A stretch of DNA of 25,611 bases from Flavitalea sp. (GTDB lineage Bacteria; Bacteroidota; Bacteroidia; Chitinophagales; Chitinophagaceae). The position numbers and the translations under genes are program-made. The notes beneath the pieces are model-generated. The model searched no databases. It was given only the letters and a program-made list of their open reading frames with translations, and had not been told where the DNA came from. The stretch is taken from assembly GCA_040508255.1 (NCBI GenBank), contig JBEVNF010000072.1, positions 1-25,611 on the forward strand, given 5' to 3'. Shown one piece after another: positions 1-7,578 of the stretch. Position 1 is the first letter of the stretch. Each line of letters begins with the position of its first letter.

Positions 1-663
1 AGTGGTGATCTTGGTAACCGTTGGGAAAACCGTCCTGGCATCTATGGTCGTGCAACGGATAAGGATCGTACGCCCGAATCAGAAAAGATCTATAAGGAAG
101 AGTGGAAAGAGATCATGCAGGATCTTCACAACTTCCCGAGCATCATTGTATGGGTTCCATTCAACGAAGCATGGGGTCAGTTCAAAACAAAAGAGATCAC
201 AGAATGGACAATGGCAAAAGATCCATCACGTCTTGTTAACAGTGCAAGCGGTGGAAACTTTGAACCCGTTGGTCATATCATGGATCTTCACAACTATCCT
301 GAACCATTGATGCCTGATGCATCGATCTATGGTAAAAAGCAGATCGTTGTGCTTGGTGAGTGTGGTGGTCTTGGTTTACCTATTGAAGGACATACCTGGC
401 AGGAAAAAAACAACTGGGGTTATGTAAGTTTCAAGAACAGCGAAGAACTTCAGAAACGCTATGCAGAACATATCGCAGCAATACCAGCGCTTATCAAAGC
501 GGGCATGAGTGCCGCGGTGTATACACAAACTACAGATGTGGAAGTTGAAACCAACGGTCTTATGAGTTATGACCGTAAGGTGATCAAGATCCCTGTAGCA
601 GCGCTGAAACAAATCCACGCGCAGCTTTATCAGCAAAACATCGCCGTTAAGGCAACAAAATAG
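1..663 (+). CDS. Glycoside hydrolase family 2, C-terminal part of the TIM-barrel catalytic domain (5' end outside the window)
   Basis: Frame 1 is open from base 1 (SGDLGNRWENRPG...) to TAG at 661-663. It contains the GH2 acid/base motif WVPFNEAWGQ, the DPSRLVNSASG segment, the nucleophile motif LGECGG (usually GEF/YGG) and the C-terminal YTQTTDVEVETNGLMSYDRK motif. Confidence 0.9.
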   Translation, partial: SGDLGNRWENRPGIYGRATDKDRTPESEKIYKEEWKEIMQDLHNFPSIIVWVPFNEAWGQFKTKEITEWTMAKDPSRLVNSASGGNFEPVGHIMDLHNYPEPLMPDASIYGKKQIVVLGECGGLGLPIEGHTWQEKNNWGYVSFKNSEELQKRYAEHIAAIPALIKAGMSAAVYTQTTDVEVETNGLMSYDRKVIKIPVAALKQIHAQLYQQNIAVKATK

Positions 664-667
664 GTTT

Positions 668-720
668 TGATGGCTTCATGTTGCCGGGTGATGAGTAGTT
701 GCCCGGCGACTGAAGTATCA
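668..720 (+). other. Intercistronic stem-loop (probable mRNA stability or processing element)
   Basis: TGAT..CTTCA.GTTGCCGGG-loop-CCCGGCGAC.TGAAG.ATCA forms a long stem with a G-U pair on the + strand. No U-tract follows, so it is not a typical intrinsic terminator. Confidence 0.55.
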
Positions 721-753
721 TAATTCCTTACTCTTTACGACAAGCATCTTTTT

Positions 754-3189
754 ATGTTGAAACAACTGTTTGCACTTTCAATGAGTGCAATGTCATTTGG
801 TTTATTAAATGCACAGGAATTACGTGCACCAGCTTACCCGCTGATCACGCATGATCCATATTTCTGTATCTGGTCAAACACCAATGAACTCACAGGTTCT
901 GCAACCCGCCACTGGACAGGGGTTGATCAGTCTATCGTTGGCACTGTTACTGTTGATGGAAAGACCTTTCGTTTTCTTGGCGATAAGGAAAAGGCCTTTG
1001 CGTCAGTATTAAAAACATCCGATGAAATGCCGGCATATCAATCGGTTTATACTGAAACAGAACCATCAGGCAACTGGAAAGAGATCAATTACCAGGAGGG
1101 TGGATGGAAGAAGGGTACCGGATCTTTTGGTGATAACCGGAAGGCAGGCACAAAATGGACAAGCAAAGATCTTTGGGTTAGAAGAACGTTTACGCTTGCG
1201 ATGCTTCCTGACACAGAACTTTTTCTGAAGCTGATACACGATGATAATATCGAAGTTTATCTGAATGGTGAAGAGATTTTCAAAACCGTCGGATGGACGA
1301 ATAAATACATTTACCCGGCGATCAGCAAAGCTATCGTTTCAAAAATGAAGGCCGGTAAAAACGTTCTTGCGATCCATGTGGCGAATACTGCAGGCGGGCA
1401 GGAGCTGGATGCAGGAATTGTTTCTGAGATCATCGATAAACGTGATCCCGCCGAGCTGGTGGCAGTTCAGAAATCTGTGAAGGTAACAGCGTTATCAACC
1501 GTTTACGCTTTTACCGCGGGTGCTGTTGATCTTTCGCTGACATTTACTTCGCCGCTGCTGGCAAAGGATCTGGAGCTTCTTGCAAGACCGGTCAGCTATA
1601 TCACTACATCAGTAAAATCTAATGATGGAAAAAATCATAAGGTTCAGCTGAATTTCGGTGTTTCAACTGATCTCGCTGTGAATACACAGGTTCAGCCAGT
1701 AAAAGCCGAAAAATATGTTGCTGCGGGTTTGAATATTCTGAAAGCGGGAACGGTTGAGCAACCTGTTCTTAAAAAGAAAGGTGATGATGTGCGGATAGAC
1801 TGGGGTTACTTATATGTAGCAGTTTCGACCGCAGCCAACGCGACACAAAGCATCAAGCCTACCGGTCAGCCGGCGATCAAGGGAAATACGCTGACTGGTA
1901 AACATATTAGTCTCGACACAAGATTTGATCTTGGTGAGGTAGGGAGATTACCTGTAGGAAAGGTTATGATGATCGGTTATGATGATCTTGAATCTATTCA
2001 GTATTTCGGTACCAATCTGAAACCATGGGGGAAGAAAGATGGGATCACATTTGAACAGTTACTTGCGAAAGCTTCAAAAGAGTATAGCACAGTTACGGAT
2101 CGATGCTTTGCTTTTGACAGGGTTATTCACGAAGATGCATTGAAAGCAGGTGGTGAACAATATGCAAAACTTTGTGTGCTTGCGTATCGTCAAAGCCTGG
2201 CTGGTCATAAACTGGTGAAGAGTCCACAGGGTGAGCTGTTATTTCTTTCAAAAGAAAACTTCAGTAATGGTTCTATCAACACAGTTGATATCACTTATCC
2301 ATCTGCACCATTGTATCTCGTTTACAATCCGGAGTTATTGAAGGGCATGATGAACGGGATCTTTTATTATAGCGAAAGCGGGAAATGGGCGAAGCCATTT
2401 GCCGCTCATGATCTTGGTACCTATCCATTGGCCAATGGTCAAACCTATGGTGAAGATATGCCGGTAGAAGAGTCTGGTAATATGCTGATCCTTACAACAG
2501 CCATAGCTGCTGTTGAAGGCAACGCAGCGTATGCTAAAAAACATTGGAAGGTTCTTACAACCTGGGCTCAGTATCTGTCCAGAGAAGGTCTTGATCCGGC
2601 GAACCAACTTTGTACAGATGATTTTGCGGGTCATCTTGCCCGTAACGCCAACTTATCTGCAAAGGCAATCGTAGCGCTTCGTGGTTATTCAAAACTTGCA
2701 GAACAACTTGGCTTTGCAGATACCGCAGCTGCCTATAAAAAGATGACCGATGAAATGGTTCAGAAATGGATGCAGATGGCGGATGATGGTGATCATTATG
2801 CGCTGACTTTTGACGGTAAAGGTACCTGGAGTCAGAAGTACAATATTGTGTGGGATAAAATTCTGGGACTTGATCTTTTTCCGAAAGAGGTTTATAAAAA
2901 AGAGATGAAGTATTATCTCGGTAAACAGAATGAATTTGGTTTGCCGCTTGACAGTCGTAAGACTTATACAAAGTCTGACTGGATCATGTGGACAGCTGTG
3001 CTTTCCGACAATGATGCCGATTTCCAGGCTTTGATAGCGCCGATCTACAAATATGCAAATGAGACCTCCACACGTGTGCCGCTTAGCGACTGGCATGAAA
3101 CAACCGACGGAAAGCAGGTTGGTTTCCAGGCAAGGAGTGTGGTTGGGGGTTATTTCATTAAATTACTTCAGCAAAAACTCGCAAAGTAA
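754..3189 (+). CDS. Secreted 'glutaminase A (GtaA)'-like protein, DUF4964/DUF5127/DUF4965 architecture, with an inserted galactose-binding-like beta-sandwich; probable glycoside hydrolase-like enzyme
   Basis: 811 aa. Signal peptide ends LLNA|Q. Family motifs: LRAPAYPLITHDPYF.IWS, KKGDDVRIDWGYLY, SKENFSNGSINTVDITYPSAP, HDLGTYPLANGQ.YGEDMPVEESGNM, QLCTDDFAGH, YGLPLDSRK.YTKSDW-like, VGFQARSVVGG. Insert at about aa 78-232 (WKKG.GSFG, LWVRRTF, HDD.IEVYLNG, GKNVLAIHVAN). Confidence 0.85.
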   Translation: MLKQLFALSMSAMSFGLLNAQELRAPAYPLITHDPYFCIWSNTNELTGSATRHWTGVDQSIVGTVTVDGKTFRFLGDKEKAFASVLKTSDEMPAYQSVYTETEPSGNWKEINYQEGGWKKGTGSFGDNRKAGTKWTSKDLWVRRTFTLAMLPDTELFLKLIHDDNIEVYLNGEEIFKTVGWTNKYIYPAISKAIVSKMKAGKNVLAIHVANTAGGQELDAGIVSEIIDKRDPAELVAVQKSVKVTALSTVYAFTAGAVDLSLTFTSPLLAKDLELLARPVSYITTSVKSNDGKNHKVQLNFGVSTDLAVNTQVQPVKAEKYVAAGLNILKAGTVEQPVLKKKGDDVRIDWGYLYVAVSTAANATQSIKPTGQPAIKGNTLTGKHISLDTRFDLGEVGRLPVGKVMMIGYDDLESIQYFGTNLKPWGKKDGITFEQLLAKASKEYSTVTDRCFAFDRVIHEDALKAGGEQYAKLCVLAYRQSLAGHKLVKSPQGELLFLSKENFSNGSINTVDITYPSAPLYLVYNPELLKGMMNGIFYYSESGKWAKPFAAHDLGTYPLANGQTYGEDMPVEESGNMLILTTAIAAVEGNAAYAKKHWKVLTTWAQYLSREGLDPANQLCTDDFAGHLARNANLSAKAIVALRGYSKLAEQLGFADTAAAYKKMTDEMVQKWMQMADDGDHYALTFDGKGTWSQKYNIVWDKILGLDLFPKEVYKKEMKYYLGKQNEFGLPLDSRKTYTKSDWIMWTAVLSDNDADFQALIAPIYKYANETSTRVPLSDWHETTDGKQVGFQARSVVGGYFIKLLQQKLAK

Positions 3190-3194
3190 AAATT

Positions 3195-4367
3195 ATGACA
3201 ATGAAAAAAACAGGATTATTAGCGTCAATAGTAGCTGCACAGTTGATCGTATCGTGCGGTGATGCTCCAAAAGATTCAGAAAAACCAGGTAGTGATTCTT
3301 CTTCGGTAGCGCCCACATCATCACTGTACCCTGACAGCACTGCTTTCAGCAAAGTGATCGATGGCCAGCAAACCCATCTTTATATTTTAAAGAATGGAAA
3401 AGGCATGTCTGCCGCCATTACGAATTATGGTGGCAGGCTTGTGGGGCTGTATGTTCCTGTTGGAGATAGTACGGTTGATGTAGTAACAGGATTTAAGAGT
3501 GTTGATGATTTTGCAAATTCAACAGAGCCTTATTTTGGTGCTACCATTGGTCGTTATGGCAATCGTCTTGCAAAAGGTAAATTCTCCATTGATGGTAAAC
3601 AATATACTGTAGTTCCAAACAATGGTCAGAATGCATTGCATGGTGGTAAGAAAGGTTTCCAGTCTGTAGTGTGGAACGCAGTGCAGGAAAATGATTCAAC
3701 ACTTGAACTGAGATATCTTTCAAAAGATGGTGAAGAAGGATTTCCCGGTAACCTGACCGTGAAAGTTGTTTACACGCTTACATCTGATAACGGACTTGCA
3801 ATTTCTTACGAAGCACAAACAGATAAGAAAACAGTTGTGAATCTTACCAATCATGCTTTCTATAATCTCAATGGTGAGGGAAGTGGTACGATTTTAAATC
3901 ATACGCTTCAGATCGATGCTGATCAGTATACACCGGTAGATTCTACATTGATACCAATCGGCAAGAATTTACCTGTTGCCGGAACTCCTTTCGATTTCAG
4001 GAAACCAACTACTATTGGTGCACGCATCGAAGAGAAAAACGAGCAATTGAAAAATGGTACCGGTTATGATCATAACTATGTTGTGAATGGCAAGGGTATG
4101 AGGAAGGTTGCTTCTATTACGGGTGATAAAAGCGGTATTACCATGGATGTGCTTACTGTTGAGCCCGGTCTCCAGTTCTACAGTGGCAACTTTATGCAGG
4201 GTAAGAACACCTTCAAAGGCGGATCGAAAGATGAATTCAGAAATGCATTTTGTCTTGAGACCCAGCATTTCCCAGATTCACCAAATCAACCTTCGTTCCC
4301 GACAACTATTTTGAATCCGGGCGAAACTTACAAGACCAACACCTTGTACCTATTCAAGACAAAATAA
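3195..4367 (+). CDS. galM: Aldose 1-epimerase (mutarotase), predicted lipoprotein
   Basis: Motifs YFGATIGRYGNR, NALHGG, NLTNHAFYNL, GYDHN, FCLETQHFPDSPN. The N-terminus MTMKKTGLLASIVAAQLIVS-C is a lipoprotein signal, followed by a Ser/Pro-rich linker. An alternative ATG lies at 3201. Confidence 0.93.
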   Translation: MTMKKTGLLASIVAAQLIVSCGDAPKDSEKPGSDSSSVAPTSSLYPDSTAFSKVIDGQQTHLYILKNGKGMSAAITNYGGRLVGLYVPVGDSTVDVVTGFKSVDDFANSTEPYFGATIGRYGNRLAKGKFSIDGKQYTVVPNNGQNALHGGKKGFQSVVWNAVQENDSTLELRYLSKDGEEGFPGNLTVKVVYTLTSDNGLAISYEAQTDKKTVVNLTNHAFYNLNGEGSGTILNHTLQIDADQYTPVDSTLIPIGKNLPVAGTPFDFRKPTTIGARIEEKNEQLKNGTGYDHNYVVNGKGMRKVASITGDKSGITMDVLTVEPGLQFYSGNFMQGKNTFKGGSKDEFRNAFCLETQHFPDSPNQPSFPTTILNPGETYKTNTLYLFKTK

Positions 4368-4389
4368 TTGCTGATTCAACGTACTGATC

Positions 4390-5424
4390 ATGAGTGATGT
4401 TTTTTCACGTGTTACCATTCTTGATATTGCCAAAGAGCTGAATATTACTGCTGCAACGGTTTCACGCGCATTGAACGATCATCCTTCGATCAGGGAATCA
4501 ACAAAACAAATTGTAAGATTAACAGCTGATAAACTCAATTATCAGCCCAACAAACTAGCTTCTTCTCTGCGTCTCGGGAAATCAAAGATCATCGGTGTGA
4601 TCATTCCGAGCGCAGAGATCAGCTTCTTTGGTTCTGTGGTTCATGGTATTGAAAAGATCGCCAATCAGCATGGCTACAACCTGCTGATCTATCAGTCAAA
4701 CGAACAATATGAATCAGAGAAAAAAGGTATACAGACTTTTCTTCAATCACAGGTTGATGGTGTACTTGCCTCTATTTCCAAAGAAACAATTGACCTGGAC
4801 CATTTTGCAACTATCCGTAAAAGAAATGTTCCGCTGATCCTTTTCGACAGAACAAGTGATGAACTTGGCGTTTCTTCGGTTGTTGTTGATGATTATCATG
4901 GTGCTTTCGAGGCAACGAAACATCTTGCAGAACAAGGTTGTAAAAGGATCGCCCATATAGCCGGCCAGCAACATGTTGGAATTTTCAACATGCGCTTAAA
5001 GGGTTATGTGGATGCGCTGACGAGTTGCGATCTTCCTGTACAGGATGAACTTATAGTGTATGGCAATGTGAGTATCGAGAGCGGTAATCACTGTATGCGC
5101 AAATTACTTGATCTTGCATCACCGCCGGATGGGGTGTTTGCAGTAGAAGATTTCTCAGCCCTCGGGGCGATGCAGACTATCAAGGCTGCAGGTATTCAAA
5201 TGCCGGATGATATTGCTATCATTGGCTTCGCAAATGAAGCCTTCGGCGAATATTTAACACCCTCCTTATCGACCGTAAATCAGCAAACCGTACAAATGGG
5301 TGAGCTGGCTGCTGAATTGTTTTTTGACATGTCGCGTAACGGATATCATCCGGCATTCAAACCTCAGAAAAAAATCATGCAACCAACACTTGTTTGTCGC
5401 GAGTCGTCGCTTCGTCACAAATAA
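4390..5424 (+). CDS. LacI family transcriptional regulator
   Basis: N-terminal HTH VTILDIAKELNITAATVSRALND, hinge YQPNKLASSLR, and a periplasmic-binding-protein-like core ending PSLSTVNQ...GELAA...LVCRES. Confidence 0.95.
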   Translation: MSDVFSRVTILDIAKELNITAATVSRALNDHPSIRESTKQIVRLTADKLNYQPNKLASSLRLGKSKIIGVIIPSAEISFFGSVVHGIEKIANQHGYNLLIYQSNEQYESEKKGIQTFLQSQVDGVLASISKETIDLDHFATIRKRNVPLILFDRTSDELGVSSVVVDDYHGAFEATKHLAEQGCKRIAHIAGQQHVGIFNMRLKGYVDALTSCDLPVQDELIVYGNVSIESGNHCMRKLLDLASPPDGVFAVEDFSALGAMQTIKAAGIQMPDDIAIIGFANEAFGEYLTPSLSTVNQQTVQMGELAAELFFDMSRNGYHPAFKPQKKIMQPTLVCRESSLRHK

Positions 5425-5447
5425 GCATCAAACTATATTATTCATTT

Positions 5448-5463
5448 AGTGCAACATTGCGCT
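5448..5463. promoter_or_regulatory. Candidate LacI-family operator
   Basis: AGTGCAACATTGCGCT is an imperfect palindrome (6 of 8 pairs). Its core GCAACATTGC differs by one base from GCAACGTTGC. It lies in the 61-bp gap between the LacI gene and the next ATG. Confidence 0.4.
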
Positions 5464-5485
5464 GGCATTGCAAAATCAAATCCAT

Positions 5486-7564
5486 ATGATCAGATCTTTT
5501 TTCGTTTTATTTTTAATGTTGCCGTTTCTCGCCGGGGCTCAATTGAAACCTGATGCTTCGGGGTTTAAGAAGTCTTCAAACGCTGCCTGGTCAGTAAAAG
5601 GAAATGAACTTACATTGAACTGGCCGGTTTCAAAACAGCAGAAGGGAAGGGTGGTGATAGATATGAGTGAAGGCGCTCCTCTTATTAAGGCCCTGCAATT
5701 GGTTAAGGGTAAAACCGTTTCTGATATTACCACAAATGTGGATCCCGCTTTTGTACTGACAATAGGTAAGAGAGATCTTGTTTCGCAGAATGGATGGAAC
5801 ATTTTCTTTGACAGAGTTCCTACAAAACCATTCAGGTCTCACAAAGTTGAGTTTCAAAAGAAATCAGTTGCTATCATTTCTGAGGGCAACAGAACAGTGC
5901 TTCGGATCGGGTCTGTGAGTGCACCCGCATTTACAGGCGATCTTGAAATTACTGTTTATCCGCAAAGCCCGCTTGTGAATATTGCTGCAGTAATGACAAC
6001 GAATGTTGATTCAACTGCTATTCTTTATGATGCAGGACTTACTGCCTCAAAGTCTGCCTGGGATACTATCTCATGGTCAAATGTTTATGGTGAAATGCAG
6101 CATCATGCTCCCGGTGAGTTTGATACCGCTACCAACAATGCTGTGAAGTATCGTACCATATTGGGTAAGGTAAAGAATGGAACGCTCGCTGTATTTCCGG
6201 CACCACATCAATATTTTTATCCGCTCGATGAAGCTTTCAACCTTAATTTTACCTGGTCAGGAAATAACTATCGCAGGATGCTTGATGGCTTTGGATTGGG
6301 TATACGCCAGGATCTTTATGGTGATCGTCGTTTTGTACCATGGTTCAATGCTCCGCCGGGCACAAAACAACGCATGAATTTCTATTGCCTGCTCAGCGAA
6401 GGCGACCAGGCGGCAACGCTGGAAGAAGTAAAGAAATTTACTCACAGTGATACCTATCCGAAAATTGCAGGTCATCAACGTATGTCAAGTCACTTTCATA
6501 ATGAATACGTGATGAATACGATCATACCAGGCAAGCCTGTTCCTGATACTCCGAATTTCGTAAAGGTGTTCAAAACACTTGGTGTTGATATCGTTCACCT
6601 TGGTGAGTTTCACTATACCGCACATCCGCGTGGTCCGGATGATCAGAGACTTAATGAACTGAATGAGCTTTTTAAAATGTGTCAGCGTTATTCTGATGGC
6701 AGGTTCCTATTGCTGCCGGGTGAAGAACCAAATGAATTTTATGGTGGTCACTGGTTACAATTTTTTCCAAAACCGGTTTACTGGATCATGTCGCGTGCGA
6801 AAGATCTCCCGTTTGTTTCTGAACATCCGGACTATGGAAAAGTATATCGTATAAGGAACAGCGAAGAAATGCAGAAGCTGCTCGAAGTTGAAAAGGGACT
6901 GGCATGGACCGCGCATCCGCGTACAAAAGGTTCAACAGGTTATCCGGATAAGTATAAGAACGAACCATTTTTTAAATCTGAGACATTTATGGGTGCAGCC
7001 TGGAAGCCAATACCGGCTGATCTTTCTGTTGACAGACTTGGAATTCGTGTACTTGATCTTATCGATGACATGAACAACTGGGGACTAAAAAAGAAAGTGA
7101 TCGCAGAAGCTGATCTCTTCACCATCGAACCGGAAAATGAAATGTATGCGCATCTGAATGTGAACTACCTGCGGATGGATAAACTTCCTGAATACAAAGA
7201 TGGATGGCAGCCTGTGATCGATGCTATGCACAACGGAAGTTTCTTTTCTTCAACAGGTGAGATCGTTATCCCTGAGTTCAAAGCAAATGGAGGTTTATCC
7301 GGCGATACTGTTGCGCTTGCGGCCAATGGAAATGCCGATATCAACTTTGATGTTGAGTGGACGTTCCCGTTAAACTTCGCATTGCTTGTGTCAGGAGACG
7401 GATCTAAAGTTTATAAAGAGCGAATCGATCTGAGAAATACAACGGCATTCGGCAAAGAAAAATTCAGAAAACAACTTAACCTGAAAGGACGCAAATGGGT
7501 GCGCCTCGAAGTTTGGGATGCTGCTGTGAATGGTGCTTTTACACAAACAATCTGGCTAAAATAA
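5486..7564 (+). CDS. Secreted protein of unknown function with a PHP-like (CehA/McbA-type) metallohydrolase domain
   Basis: The ATG at 5486 gives a clean signal peptide MIRSFFVLFLMLPFLAGA|Q (the ORF track starts at TTG 5468). The N-terminal half is beta-rich. The C-terminal half has PHP-type ligand motifs SSHFHNE (6491-6499), HLGEFH, LLPGEEP, GGHW, WTAHP and AEAD, then a small C-terminal beta domain (WVRLEVWD..VNGAFTQ). Confidence 0.7.
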   Translation: MIRSFFVLFLMLPFLAGAQLKPDASGFKKSSNAAWSVKGNELTLNWPVSKQQKGRVVIDMSEGAPLIKALQLVKGKTVSDITTNVDPAFVLTIGKRDLVSQNGWNIFFDRVPTKPFRSHKVEFQKKSVAIISEGNRTVLRIGSVSAPAFTGDLEITVYPQSPLVNIAAVMTTNVDSTAILYDAGLTASKSAWDTISWSNVYGEMQHHAPGEFDTATNNAVKYRTILGKVKNGTLAVFPAPHQYFYPLDEAFNLNFTWSGNNYRRMLDGFGLGIRQDLYGDRRFVPWFNAPPGTKQRMNFYCLLSEGDQAATLEEVKKFTHSDTYPKIAGHQRMSSHFHNEYVMNTIIPGKPVPDTPNFVKVFKTLGVDIVHLGEFHYTAHPRGPDDQRLNELNELFKMCQRYSDGRFLLLPGEEPNEFYGGHWLQFFPKPVYWIMSRAKDLPFVSEHPDYGKVYRIRNSEEMQKLLEVEKGLAWTAHPRTKGSTGYPDKYKNEPFFKSETFMGAAWKPIPADLSVDRLGIRVLDLIDDMNNWGLKKKVIAEADLFTIEPENEMYAHLNVNYLRMDKLPEYKDGWQPVIDAMHNGSFFSSTGEIVIPEFKANGGLSGDTVALAANGNADINFDVEWTFPLNFALLVSGDGSKVYKERIDLRNTTAFGKEKFRKQLNLKGRKWVRLEVWDAAVNGAFTQTIWLK

Positions 7565-7578
7565 ATAACGAACTCTGA

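Noticed and set aside
355-369. GH2 nucleophile motif reads GECGG rather than GEF/YGG
   Set aside because: The catalytic Glu is retained. A single-base variant or read error explains it, and there is no evidence of inactivation.
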